Below are positions 20,757 through 33,319 of a stretch of 64,000 nucleotides of DNA, piece by piece; position 1 is the stretch's first letter, and the number at the start of each line of letters is the position of its first letter. Made by a program: the position numbers and the translations under genes. Source of the stretch: Verrucomicrobiia bacterium. GTDB taxonomy: Bacteria > Verrucomicrobiota > Verrucomicrobiia > Palsa-1439. The stretch lies in the NCBI GenBank assembly GCA_035515475.1, contig DATJBF010000046.1, positions 917-64,916 on the forward strand. Reading direction: 5' to 3'. The notes under the pieces are model-generated. The model saw nothing but the letters and a program-made list of their open reading frames with translations, did not search any database and was not told where the DNA came from.

Positions 20757-22058
20757 ATGACAGCAGAAATAGCCGTTCTCAATAAGTCTGCCGTGGCTCT
20801 CGCGGCTGATAGTGCGGTGACCATTCAACACGAGATGGGCTACAAGGTTTACAATACGATGAACAAGTTGTTCGCACTGCATAAGCCGCGGCCGGTGGGC
20901 GTTATGATCTATGGCGGTGCAGAATTGATGGGGATTCCTTGGGAAACCATAATCAGGGTCTACCAAGCACGCTACTCCCAGGTAAAATTTAACCGTCTCG
21001 CTGCTTATGGGAAGCACTTTATTTCGTTTTTGGACCGCCGCAATCCGCTTTTCCCGCTTCGCAGTCAGCGTGAACACTTCGAGTCTATAGTCGAGGCACA
21101 TTTTACAGTAATTAGGCAACAGCTAGAGGATGTAGTCAAGGAGGAGATCGACAAGAAGGGTCAGGTTGATAATTCTCGCATCACGGTTCTCGCCGACGAA
21201 ATGGTTGCCTCTCATCTCCAAAAATGGCGGCAGTTCAAACGCATAAAAACGTTTCCCAGAAATCATCGGCGAAAAGTCCTGAAGAGACATGGGAGAGCCG
21301 TCTCCAAGACGCTGAAAAAGGTGTTTCAGAAAGTGCCGCTCTCCGGCAGGGCCAGACGGGGTCTAAGAAGTGTAGCGATTGATTTTTTCTGCAAGAACAG
21401 ATTCTCCAGTAATTCTTCCGGGGTGGTGATTGCGGGATTTGGAGAAAAGGATGTGTTCCCTGCGTTGGTGTCTTTTGAAGTGGAGTTGGTTGTCAATGAC
21501 CGACTCAAGTATCAAGAGGGCAGGAAACACCAAGTAGCCCTCGATGACCCGGCGTGTGTTATTCCGTTCGCGCAAGAAGATGTGGTTGTCACGCTGGTTG
21601 AAGGAGCCGACCCTTCATATCAAGAACTCGTCCGATCTTCATTTTCAGAAATACTCAGGCGCTATGCCGAGGGCATGGTCAAGGGCTTAAAACTGGCGGA
21701 CAAGAAACGCGAGCAAAGACTATTGGATGCCCTACTGAAATTCGGGATAAAGTTGGAAGAGGGGTTTACGGGGGAACTCAGGGTCTATAAAATTGAGAAT
21801 CACATAAGACATTTGTTGGATGTTGTCCGCATGCTTCCAAAAGACGAACTTGCGGCAATGGCTGAATCGTTAGTAAATCTAACATCCTTGAAGCGGAAGA
21901 TGTCCTTGGCGACAGAAACCGTTGGCGGCCCAATCGATGTAGCGGTCATTTCTAAGGGCGAGGGCATGATCTGGATCAAGCGAAAACATTATTTCACGAA
22001 GGACTTGAATCCGCAGTTCTTTCAGCGGTATCATAAGGAAAGCCAAACTGAGGTGTGA
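20757..22058 (+). CDS. Proteasome-beta-like (Thr1 Ntn-hydrolase) domain fused to about 230-aa unknown C-terminal domain; low-GC island gene
   Basis: The N-terminus MTAEIAVLNKSAVALAADSAVT...NKLFAL aligns residue-for-residue with the 20S beta-subunit TTIVALKYKDGVVLAADRRAT...KIFKI (Thr1, Asp17, Lys33). Codon usage is AT-rich and non-host. Confidence 0.6.
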   Translation: MTAEIAVLNKSAVALAADSAVTIQHEMGYKVYNTMNKLFALHKPRPVGVMIYGGAELMGIPWETIIRVYQARYSQVKFNRLAAYGKHFISFLDRRNPLFPLRSQREHFESIVEAHFTVIRQQLEDVVKEEIDKKGQVDNSRITVLADEMVASHLQKWRQFKRIKTFPRNHRRKVLKRHGRAVSKTLKKVFQKVPLSGRARRGLRSVAIDFFCKNRFSSNSSGVVIAGFGEKDVFPALVSFEVELVVNDRLKYQEGRKHQVALDDPACVIPFAQEDVVVTLVEGADPSYQELVRSSFSEILRRYAEGMVKGLKLADKKREQRLLDALLKFGIKLEEGFTGELRVYKIENHIRHLLDVVRMLPKDELAAMAESLVNLTSLKRKMSLATETVGGPIDVAVISKGEGMIWIKRKHYFTKDLNPQFFQRYHKESQTEV

Positions 22059-22249
22059 AGGTGAAAAGAGAACAGAAATCACATAAACCGTTGCGCTCGG
22101 TTGAGGAGTATCGAAGGCGGTTCTTCCCTCAGTCATCCCAAAAGAAGAAGGCCGAAATCGACCCAAAGCAGTTGGGCCTTATTCTCGCCGATGAAGTGTT
22201 TGAGAAAGCCAAACCCGTTCTCAAGGGAACCGTCTTGGCCCAAGCATAG
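22055..22249 (+). CDS. Small basic ORF (64 aa), GTG start overlapping upstream stop
   Basis: GTGA overlap with the preceding gene. Lys/Arg-rich. No homology recognised. Confidence 0.3.
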   Translation: MKVKREQKSHKPLRSVEEYRRRFFPQSSQKKKAEIDPKQLGLILADEVFEKAKPVLKGTVLAQA

Positions 22250-22370
22250 CGGTCTGCAATTCGCCCGTAGCGCATCGGGGAAGGTCGGCAGAGTCAACCC
22301 TCCACTCGACACGCTGAGCCGACGACAAGCTGGGACAGGGTGGCGGTCGGTATCGACGGAGATCAGCCCG

Positions 22371-22907
22371 TCACCACTTCACCTTGACGCTGCGTTTCTG
22401 GCCGAGGCGGTCGATGTAGGAAACTTCACCGTGGCGTTGGCCGTATTCGTGGAGTTCCTTGGTGATTTTCACGTCGAAGCAACAATACTCGGCAATCTCC
22501 ACGATCTTGCCTTCCTTCCACCATTTCAGCGCCATCATGCCGTCGGCAATCTTCGGCGCGTGGAGCGTCGCCTTGGCCAGCGCATCGAGTGACAGCCGGT
22601 GGCCGAGCTTCTGTTCGAGATCGGCCATCAGGTCGAGCGTCGGCACGGCGCGCAAATCGAGCGGCGAATAACCCGCCAGCACCTCGTAATCAAAATTCAG
22701 GATGTTGAATCCCACGACCCGGTCGGCCCGCATCAGTTCCTTGATGAGATCGTTGACCCGCGTCTCGTGGAAAATCCGGTACTGATTGTCGCCCGTGCTG
22801 AAGGTCACGCCGACCGACATCTTCATGTCGCGTTTGCGGTTCCAGCCGCCCACTTCGGCCGCGCTCTTCTGCGTTTCCAGGTCGAAATAAACGAGGTTTG
22901 ACATCAA
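22371..22907 (-). CDS. DEDDh-type 3'-5' exonuclease (DnaQ/Orn-like fold), island gene
   Basis: Exo motif I VYFDLETQ, motif II GFNILNFDYEVL, motif III AEYCCFDVKITKELHEY, in a 178-aa single-domain protein. Confidence 0.7.
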   Translation of the reverse strand: MMSNLVYFDLETQKSAAEVGGWNRKRDMKMSVGVTFSTGDNQYRIFHETRVNDLIKELMRADRVVGFNILNFDYEVLAGYSPLDLRAVPTLDLMADLEQKLGHRLSLDALAKATLHAPKIADGMMALKWWKEGKIVEIAEYCCFDVKITKELHEYGQRHGEVSYIDRLGQKRSVKVKW

Positions 22908-22908
22908 A

Positions 22909-23030
22909 AATCCGAAATCCGAATCTCGAAATTCGAAACAAATCCGAATGGCGGCAAATCCAAATTCCTGTCTTCGGAATTCGAGTTTCCTTCGGGCTTC
23001 GGGTTTCGGACTTCGGATTTCCTCTTCATT
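22909..23030. repeat. Imperfect 50-nt-arm palindrome built from TCCGAA/TTCGGA repeats at the right edge of the low-GC island
   Basis: AAATCCGAAATCCGAATCTCGAAATTCGAAACAAATCCGAA ... CTTCGGAATTCGAGTTTCCTTCGGGCTTCGGGTTTCGGACTTCGGATTTCC. Confidence 0.5.
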
Positions 23031-24030
23031 GTGCCACCCGAGGCAGGGTCAGGGTCCGCATCGTGTGCAGGCCGGGTTTCGCTTCGAGCAGCCGCGGAAT
23101 CATATTCACCAGGATGGCCGGCGTGGCAATGTCGCCCGGCGTGCCGCCGTGCAGCACCAGATGGAGCGGCGGGTCGCCGTCGATCTCGACCTCGTCGCGC
23201 GGCACGGGTGCGCCGACATACATCTGCAATTCCAGCCGCAACACTTCGTGTTTGTCGTGCCCGCCCCGCTCCGAGCGGGACCAGCCCCGCGCGATTTGCC
23301 GCACACCGGCCACGGCGTCGCGTTTGACGGTCAGGTACTCCGTCCGCACGTCCTTCACCGAGAGCACCGGCGCGATTTCTTCTTCGACCCGCTCCAAATC
23401 CCACCCGAGCGCGTCGGCAATAAACACCAGCGATTCCGTGAGACCGACGTGGCGGATTTTCTTTTGTTGCGCGAGCCGGTGGAATTCATCCTCGGTCAAA
23501 CCCGCTCCAACTTTGCGCTGCAACGCCTCCCGCCGGGTGCCGGCGTCCACGATGCGCACTACCCGCACCGCATCCACGCGCCGACACACGGCCGTCGCCA
23601 CGACCGCCAGCGTATCCATCACAAAACCGGGATTAACCCCGGTGCCGACCGCGGCCACTCCGTGCCGGGCGCACACCTGGTTCAATTTCTCCGCCAGTGC
23701 CCGATGGCGATAATAAGGGAACAAGGCTTCTTCGCACGACGTGACGCAATGCATGCCCGCACGCGCGATCTCGCCGATTTGCGCGGCGCATTCCGCAAAG
23801 TCCGACGTCGTGCAATGAACGACGGCGTCCGCCGCCGGGAGCTCTTGGCCGACGGCGATGCCGAGCTTGTGTTTCAAACCAAGCACCTCTCCGAGGTCGC
23901 GCCCGGCCAAATTGGGGTCGCGGTCTACCGCGCCGACCAATTCCAATCCCGATCGATCCAGAACCAGCCGTGCGGCCGCGCATCCGATCGCTCCCAGTCC
24001 ATATTGAATGACTCGAATGGGTTTGTTCAT
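23026..24030 (-). CDS. DapB-like NAD(P)-binding oxidoreductase (dihydrodipicolinate reductase / amine dehydrogenase family)
   Basis: Rossmann N-terminus IRVIQYGLGAIGCAAARLVLDRSGLELVGAVD with a DapB-like C-terminal domain. Start taken at MNKPIRV. Confidence 0.6.
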   Translation of the reverse strand: MNKPIRVIQYGLGAIGCAAARLVLDRSGLELVGAVDRDPNLAGRDLGEVLGLKHKLGIAVGQELPAADAVVHCTTSDFAECAAQIGEIARAGMHCVTSCEEALFPYYRHRALAEKLNQVCARHGVAAVGTGVNPGFVMDTLAVVATAVCRRVDAVRVVRIVDAGTRREALQRKVGAGLTEDEFHRLAQQKKIRHVGLTESLVFIADALGWDLERVEEEIAPVLSVKDVRTEYLTVKRDAVAGVRQIARGWSRSERGGHDKHEVLRLELQMYVGAPVPRDEVEIDGDPPLHLVLHGGTPGDIATPAILVNMIPRLLEAKPGLHTMRTLTLPRVAQ

Positions 24031-24194
24031 GATGGCGCGTCGCATCGGCTCTTGTATCGCCAATGGGGCGGTGCTTCAACGAAAAAGCCGGGCGGCGACT
24101 GTAGCCGAAACTCGGCAGTTGCCGCGAGCAGCCCCGACAAGATCGGGGTGAACCTCGCGGCTACAATCCGGCAGCAGCGTCAAGACGGATCATT

Positions 24195-24482
24195 TCAGTG
24201 CCCGACTTCGCGCATGCTGCAGGGGCCATGGTGATCGTCGTGCACCGTGCCACGGGACGCGGGGTCAAGCGTCGGCACGTGGTCCACGAGAAACCGGTAG
24301 AGATAGCGGCCCCGGGCCAATTCCAACGTGACGTGCCAGGTGCCATCGATGCCTTTCTGCAGGGTGTGTGTTGACGGCGAACCCCCCTTGATCGGACGGA
24401 TGACCAACAAGACCTCATGCGCCTTCGGTGCGTTGAGGCGGAATACGGTGGGTTTGGTGAACGCTTGATGGCGTGGCGGCAC
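24195..24482 (-). CDS. Small CBM48 / AMPK-beta glycogen-binding-domain-like protein (95 aa)
   Basis: WHVTLELARGRYLYRFLVDHVPTLDP matches the CBM48 core (..Y.F.VDG....DP). Confidence 0.5.
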   Translation of the reverse strand: MPPRHQAFTKPTVFRLNAPKAHEVLLVIRPIKGGSPSTHTLQKGIDGTWHVTLELARGRYLYRFLVDHVPTLDPASRGTVHDDHHGPCSMREVGH

Positions 24483-24642
24483 GGCGGGAACCTCTCAGGA
24501 ATAAAACGCCGCCACGGCGCGCTCCAGCACGCCCCATCCGCAGTCAATGATCCGAATCGGCCTGCTCATGTCGACCCTCGATAAGCCACTTGTATCGCCC
24601 CCTTGTGTTCGCATCAACGAAAAATCGGGCGCCCACCACTGC

Positions 24643-25818
24643 TCACCTCTTTTGCAGCCGCCAGACGGCCAGGGCACCCGCAGCAAACAACGCCGTGCTG
24701 TAGGCGAACGCCGCCAGCGTTCCCCACACGGCCCACAATGCGCCCACCACGATGCTGGAGAGAAAATCGCCGACCCCGTTGACCGTCGCCAGCATGCCGA
24801 AGCCCATGCCGTGATGCGCTTGGTCCACCAATTCAGCGGCGAGCGAATCCTCCAGCGCTTCCTCGGTCGCCACGTAAATGCCGGCGAGCACGAACACGCC
24901 GGCCAGAACCGCCAGGGTCAACGTCGCGAACATCAACACGAGTCCCATCACCGCAGCCAGCGCGTAGCCGCCGGCCAACAGCGCACGTTTGTTGAAGTGA
25001 TCGGCGAGCCAGCCGGCCACGAAGGCAAATCCTGCGTACAGCACGTTGTGCAGGACATACAACGATATGGCGACGCTCGCCGCCTTCGCGGCACCGAATT
25101 GCGGCGTGAGTTTTTGCGTCGCCAGCAGAATCAACATCGTGTGGGCAAAATCACCGGCGCCAAACAGCCCCACTGCCAGCAGAAACTTCTGAAACGGTTT
25201 TGGCAACGCCGTCAGGCCCGCGCGAAAGGAAATGTATTTCACATGAACCCGTTCCCGTTCCTCGACCAGAAACCCGATCGCGGCCGCCGCCAGCAGTCCC
25301 GGTATCAACGTCAGCAGCAACACCCGGGAGAAATTGCCGGCGAACACCGCCAGCAGGATCGTGGCGGTCACCGGACCGACAATCGCCCCGCACGTGTCCA
25401 TCATCCGTTCGAAACCGAACGCGCGTCCGTACGTCTCCGGCGTGACCGCCGCCGCCAGCAACGCCTTGCGCACGGGCGTGCGCACGCCGCGCCCGAGCCA
25501 CGCGCTGGCCCGGCACAGCAACACGTGCCACGCCTGCGTCGCCAGCCCGATGCACGCCGTGCCGGCGGTCGTGACGATGTAACCAGCGACCGCAATCGGT
25601 TTCCGCCGCCGCAGTTGGTCGGTGAAATAACCCGATCCCATCTTGGCGAAGCTCGACAGCCCATCGGATACGCCTTCGATGATGCCGAGCCAGGCCGCCG
25701 CCGCGCCCATCGTGGCCAGGAAGGCCGGCATCACCGCCGTCGCAATCTCGTGGGACCAATCGCTCAACAACGACGCCAACCCGATGCCCAGCACGGTACG
25801 ATTGATCCAGCGGCTCAT
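24643..25818 (-). CDS. MFS transporter
   Basis: 12 predicted transmembrane segments, with the MFS loop motif GYFTDQLRRRKPIAVAG. Start MSRWINRT overlaps the upstream stop (ATGA). Confidence 0.8.
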   Translation of the reverse strand: MSRWINRTVLGIGLASLLSDWSHEIATAVMPAFLATMGAAAAWLGIIEGVSDGLSSFAKMGSGYFTDQLRRRKPIAVAGYIVTTAGTACIGLATQAWHVLLCRASAWLGRGVRTPVRKALLAAAVTPETYGRAFGFERMMDTCGAIVGPVTATILLAVFAGNFSRVLLLTLIPGLLAAAAIGFLVEERERVHVKYISFRAGLTALPKPFQKFLLAVGLFGAGDFAHTMLILLATQKLTPQFGAAKAASVAISLYVLHNVLYAGFAFVAGWLADHFNKRALLAGGYALAAVMGLVLMFATLTLAVLAGVFVLAGIYVATEEALEDSLAAELVDQAHHGMGFGMLATVNGVGDFLSSIVVGALWAVWGTLAAFAYSTALFAAGALAVWRLQKR

Positions 25819-26411
25819 GGCCGGTGGCCCTCGGCTTTCTTCTGCCAGATCTGCCAGCGTTCGCGGCCGGCGAACAACGGGAGCGAGTCTGTCACTGCCT
25901 CGTCCAGAATGCGGGTGAAATTGGCCCCGAACAACGCCTGGGCCTCGGATTCGGTCAGCGGATACGGTGGCGGCTCGTCCTCGTGCCCGTAAAGGAAGAA
26001 CCCCACCAACCTTCCGCCGCTCACCAACAACTCCGCCACGCGCTGCACGTACTGCGGCCAAACCTCCGGCGGCAGTGAGCAAAGGAAGGTTCGTTCATAA
26101 ACCACGTCAAACTTCTGCCCGCTAAAGTCGTGAGTGAAGAAATCGGCGAGCACAATCCTTTCAGCAAGCGTGCCCAGGACGCGACGGGCACGCTCATTCG
26201 CAGCCGGTGAATAGTCAACAGCCCAGACGTCCCAACCCCGTGCGTGGAACTCCCGCACCTCGTAGCCCGAACCAGATGCCGGAATCAGTGCGCGTCCCGG
26301 CGAGGCCGTCGCCAGCCACCTGATCAACGCAATCGGTACGCCACCAAAATCCCACGGCGTCTTGCCGATGCGGTAGCGGCTGTCCCAGAATTTCATGTCG
26401 GTGCTTTTCAT
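25815..26411 (-). CDS. Thiopurine-S-methyltransferase-like class I SAM methyltransferase
   Basis: MKSTDMKFWDSRYRIGKTPWD...ALIPASGSGYEV...VDYSP...FDVVYERTFLCSLPPEVW is a TPMT-type fold. Confidence 0.7.
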   Translation of the reverse strand: MKSTDMKFWDSRYRIGKTPWDFGGVPIALIRWLATASPGRALIPASGSGYEVREFHARGWDVWAVDYSPAANERARRVLGTLAERIVLADFFTHDFSGQKFDVVYERTFLCSLPPEVWPQYVQRVAELLVSGGRLVGFFLYGHEDEPPPYPLTESEAQALFGANFTRILDEAVTDSLPLFAGRERWQIWQKKAEGHRP

Positions 26412-26611
26412 CTCATCAATGCGACAACCAGGCCGATGATTGCGCCACCCAACACCAGCCACGCCGAATTCACGCGGCAACGCAATAACAGGAAAGCGGG
26501 TCCCGCCGCCAACCCGACAGCGACCGGATCTACCAACGCCGCAGCTCCCAACCGCCAGGTGACCACGCTTATGCTGCCAATCTTCTTAGAGTGCGTGCTG
26601 TTCATAATCAT
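26408..26611 (-). CDS. Small hydrophobic protein (about 67 aa)
   Basis: Two hydrophobic segments. Stop overlaps the downstream methyltransferase start (ATGA), which suggests translational coupling. Confidence 0.3.
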   Translation of the reverse strand: MIMNSTHSKKIGSISVVTWRLGAAALVDPVAVGLAAGPAFLLLRCRVNSAWLVLGGAIIGLVVALMR

Positions 26612-27387
26612 GGGCCACACGTGAACTGGTACGCAACGTACAATTGGAATTGGGTCGGGCCGTGAATGGACCGGCCCGCGGAAAACAGCAGGTGGTGGTC
26701 GTCGCTGAAATCAACGACCGTGCCGAGGTTGAACGCAGTGTCGGTCCGTCCGCCAGCTTCCGCGACGGTGCTGTGGGACAGCTCGCCGCCAATCAGGACG
26801 TTCTTGCGGATCTGGCGCTGCAACACCATGCCGAAGAATCCCCAGTCGTGGTTGCCCGCGCCCGGATTGATGTGGTAACCGCCGCCGCCGTAGACGGTCC
26901 ACGCGCGGTCTTCCGTGCCCCAGCTTTTCTGCAGCCAGACCGGCAAAAAAGCTTGCACGTGCCCGCTACCCAAATTGTCGTCGGCGTTGCCGGTGGGAAT
27001 CTCCAGCAACGGGAAAATGCCCGCCTGCGGAAGACGAGCCGTTTCCTGAAGAAACCGATACTTGGCACCGAGTTCTGTGTCGCCGTAGCCGTAGTGCCGG
27101 CTGCCCCGGGTTGGCGAGTCGTAGGCCAGCGGCGCGAGCAGATGAAGCTGCAAGTTGCGGATCACTCCGTAGTTCACCTCGAAGTGCGGGGCGGTCCCCG
27201 ACCAATCTTCGGCGGTCTTGGCGTCTTGCGATGCGACGTAGAATTCCCAGTGCCGATACTCGACCGGCTCCGGGTCATCCGTGACGAAGGGCGGCCCGCC
27301 TAGCAAACGCAATGGGTGAACCAACAGCGCCGCGGCCAACCACAGCAAACCGGTGACGAAATCTCGCCCGTTGATTTCGCCGTTCAT
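26608..27387 (-). CDS. Outer-membrane beta-barrel protein (MetA-pathway / phenol-degradation-like transporter family)
   Basis: Signal-like N-terminus, with alternating amphipathic beta-strands rich in G/Y/N. Ends ...LYVAYQFTCGP (C-terminal aromatic). Confidence 0.5.
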   Translation of the reverse strand: MNGEINGRDFVTGLLWLAAALLVHPLRLLGGPPFVTDDPEPVEYRHWEFYVASQDAKTAEDWSGTAPHFEVNYGVIRNLQLHLLAPLAYDSPTRGSRHYGYGDTELGAKYRFLQETARLPQAGIFPLLEIPTGNADDNLGSGHVQAFLPVWLQKSWGTEDRAWTVYGGGGYHINPGAGNHDWGFFGMVLQRQIRKNVLIGGELSHSTVAEAGGRTDTAFNLGTVVDFSDDHHLLFSAGRSIHGPTQFQLYVAYQFTCGP

Positions 27388-27487
27388 TTCTCGTCGGGCG
27401 GCAGGAGAAGAGAGGAAGCGTCGCCACCATTGGGGGAATTTCGGTGCCGATGGCAAACGCACAGCCTCGCCAGATCGCCAGGTTTGT

Positions 27488-27982
27488 TCATGACGCCTGG
27501 CGCCCTTTTCGGCCGCCCCGGGCGGCGTCGATCGACCAACGCCCCGGACCGACGATCAGCAGGAAAACCAATCCGAGGAACATGGAGAAATCGGTGCGCG
27601 CCTCGTGGATCATACTCAGGAATCCGTAGTGCGACAGCTTCATCACGGTGAACGTCCAGAAACCGTGGCCGAGCAGGACCGGGATCTTCGTCGAGACAAT
27701 GGCGACCGAAATGTCGATCAGCAAGGGGATCGCCGCCAGCCGCGTCAGCAACCCGATCAGGACGAGTGTACCGCAAACGATTTCCACACCGCCAACAAAT
27801 GGGCCCATCACCTGGGGCCAGGGGATTCCGATCTTCTCGAATCGACCGCCGGCCAACTCGGCGGGGTAAAGGAATTTCAGGATACCTTCAACGAGGAAGA
27901 CGCTGCCCACCATCAAGCGGATCAGAACGAACGCCCGACGTCCGCCGCCAGCCTGCCGTTGTTGTGAAGGTTGTGACGTCAT
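27488..27982 (-). CDS. DoxX-family membrane protein
   Basis: Four transmembrane helices with the DoxX pattern RLMVGSVFLVEGILKF...PFVGGVEIVCGTLVLIGLLTRLAA. Confidence 0.8.
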   Translation of the reverse strand: MTSQPSQQRQAGGGRRAFVLIRLMVGSVFLVEGILKFLYPAELAGGRFEKIGIPWPQVMGPFVGGVEIVCGTLVLIGLLTRLAAIPLLIDISVAIVSTKIPVLLGHGFWTFTVMKLSHYGFLSMIHEARTDFSMFLGLVFLLIVGPGRWSIDAARGGRKGRQAS

Positions 27983-28085
27983 GCTCGGGAAACCCCGATT
28001 CCGTGTCCGCCTTCCTCTGCACAGTAGGCATGGACGGCTCGGTTTTCAACGCCAATTGCCGGCGCCCCTCCGTCAACCGACAGCG

Positions 28086-31196
<3,111 letters not shown>

Positions 31197-31205
31197 GGCG
31201 AACTG

Positions 31206-31856
31206 CTATTCCCCGAATTGGCTCTTGAGCAATTCGGACTTCAGAAGAGAGCTTCCCTTGGTTACCACGTGCTCGCCGTCTTTGAGGCCATCGAGGATTT
31301 CAGCATTTCCGTTCTGGGCACGACCTGTCTTGATGACACGCTTGGTGAACGTGTGGGCGTCGGTGGCGACAAACACAATTTCCTGATCGTCCAGCCGCTG
31401 CACTGCTTCGTCGGGAATCACAACGACGTTGTCCACCGTGCCGGTGACAATATCCACGTCGGCGAACATGCCGGGTTTGAGTCGCGCGGTTTGGTTGTCG
31501 GTTTCGATCCGCACCGGCACCGTCCGTGACTTCTCCTCGACTTCGGGGTCGATCAGAACGACCTTGCCCGTGAACGATTCATCGGGATACGCTGTCGTGT
31601 GGACGGTCGCTTCCTGGCCGACGCGCACGGCAGCGATGTCACTCACGTTTACGTCGGCGATGACCCAGACGTTTGTCGGGTCGCTAATGGTGTAGAGGTC
31701 TCTGGTCTTATCCACCGTCTCGCCGACCGTACCGAGCCGCTCGACGACGAGTCCGCTGATGGGGGCTTTCAGTTCCAAAAGTTTGAGTAATTCGGGGCTG
31801 TCGACGAGCGCCATCACATCGCCTTGGTGGACTGCGGCGCCGACGTCGTAATTCAT
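31206..31856 (-). pseudogene. C-terminal fragment of CusB/CzcB-type adaptor, severed by transposon insertion
   Basis: Only the distal 216 aa of a membrane-fusion protein (..ALVDSPELLKL...). The N-terminal lipoprotein part lies 2.7 kb upstream at 34601..34882. Confidence 0.8.
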
Positions 31857-32022
31857 CGTTGCAATACGACCCTCAAATGTCGGTAGTGCGTCAGTTTGAA
31901 ATCAGATAGTTTTCCGTATCCCTTTAGCCCGCCAGTAAAATCCTCTCTTCGCGGTCGTTTGTTCGACCCATTGTGCCCATGAGGGGCCGATGCACCGTGC
32001 GGAATAGAGGATATGGTAAAGG

Positions 32023-32379
32023 CTACCTTGGTTGTGTCGTTGGTAACGCTGGCGCTGATTGTGTTGGTTGTGGTCGGGAACTATCGCTTGGACCAGCGGG
32101 TGCAGAAGCTGGAAACCATTTGCGGATTACGGGCCACGCAGCAATAGCGGCGAATATCATCGTAAGCAGCGCTATCCAAAAACCCAAACTGTGCGGTTCT
32201 GGTTTGGTGACTTGCTCTTGTATCTTTTCCAAGTGTAGGCGCTGGCGCTCTGCCTGTCGTCGGTCCAACTCTGCGCGACACGCCTCGAAAGCCGGCGAGG
32301 GATACCGGGATTGAGACATCCGTTTGTGTAGCTCTTCGTCTGTATCACCACGATAATCGAAGTCATTAGGGAAGGCCAT
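32023..32379 (-). CDS. Hypothetical small membrane protein (transposon cargo)
   Basis: 118-aa ORF with one transmembrane helix (FWIALLTMIFAAIAAWPVI). No homology recognised. Confidence 0.3.
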   Translation of the reverse strand: MAFPNDFDYRGDTDEELHKRMSQSRYPSPAFEACRAELDRRQAERQRLHLEKIQEQVTKPEPHSLGFWIALLTMIFAAIAAWPVIRKWFPASAPAGPSDSSRPQPTQSAPALPTTQPR

Positions 32380-32391
32380 TTGCTTTGCAGT

Positions 32392-33216
32392 TCAGTCTAG
32401 CAAAGCAACGATTTCTTCCAAGCTCCAAACGTGATCGGCAACGCCCGCTTCCATTGCTGGCGTCACACGCAGACTCTGGTGTATGCGTGCGTAGTTGTAG
32501 TGCATGTAGTGGAGCGCAATCGCGTGTTCCAGCATAGTGACTTTCTTTGAGAAGGCGTTGGTTAGCCGCGTGAATCGGCGCATCTGCATCCGCATCGTCA
32601 GGTTTTGGCGCTCGGTGTAGCTGGTTGAGATGTGCGCGGGGTCGGGGTCGCCGGAGACTCGCAGGGTCGTGCAACCAGTGCATTGTGGCGGGCTGTAATG
32701 GTGCTCTGTGCCCGTTGGGTTGCCGTACATCTTGACCAGCATGGCGTAATCAATCTCACTGCCGAAAGCATCCTCGACGGCTGACAGATAAGCCTTGTGG
32801 CCGTCAGTAGTGAGTTGCACACGATTCACAAGGCGGCTTTTGAGATCGTGGATGAAGTGATAGGCGGCGCCCGCATCGCGGCTACTGACCAGCCAGCAAG
32901 GAACGAGTTTTGTGTCAGCATCCAAGGCGACCCATGTCCACACGTCGCCATAGCCCCACTTGCCTTTTAATTCATCGGGCAGGTTGCGCTCCTTCGCGTG
33001 GCAATAAGTCCAGATTTCGTCACACTGAATCTTGGTGGACGTTAGGCCCCGCAGGTGTTCATCTTGATACTCGGCGCAAGCCCGGCCCAGATCGGCCAGC
33101 AGCTTGGCAACGGTGTTCTGTGCTGCCCCTGTCATGCGCTGGACGGCCCGCATCGAGTTGCCTTCGACCAGTGCGGCAACGATTGCGACTCGTTTATCTG
33201 TACTGAGCTTGTTCAT
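32392..33216 (-). CDS. DDE transposase, IS1595/IS1-related
   Basis: N-terminal HTH, IQCDEIWTYCHAK (like the IS1595 VEvDETY motif), TDGHKAY, and a C-terminal TERQNLTMRMQMRRFTRLTNAFSKKVTMLEHAIALHYMHYNYARIH that resembles the IS1 InsB tail. Confidence 0.8.
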   Translation of the reverse strand: MNKLSTDKRVAIVAALVEGNSMRAVQRMTGAAQNTVAKLLADLGRACAEYQDEHLRGLTSTKIQCDEIWTYCHAKERNLPDELKGKWGYGDVWTWVALDADTKLVPCWLVSSRDAGAAYHFIHDLKSRLVNRVQLTTDGHKAYLSAVEDAFGSEIDYAMLVKMYGNPTGTEHHYSPPQCTGCTTLRVSGDPDPAHISTSYTERQNLTMRMQMRRFTRLTNAFSKKVTMLEHAIALHYMHYNYARIHQSLRVTPAMEAGVADHVWSLEEIVALLD

Positions 33217-33319
33217 AGATCAAAGGTAGCAGCTAATGCTTGAGCGGTCAAGCATAAAATGCATAACAATTCTTCAGCTTTGAACAAGCGCGGAAGCCGC
33301 GCTCGGAGGGGCTTGGAGT

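Noticed and set aside
20478-21119. 213-aa minus ORF in the island
   Set aside because: Antisense to the 5' part of the proteasome-like gene. The plus frame has the Ntn-hydrolase motif.
19945-23030. Looked for a tRNA or integrase gene marking the island borders
   Set aside because: No cloverleaf-like sequence or integrase ORF recognisable. Only repeats and a decayed small ORF.
22948-24234. 428-aa plus ORF. Also 24547..25992 plus (481 aa).
   Set aside because: Antisense to the dapB-like and MFS genes respectively. Compositionally biased with no motifs.
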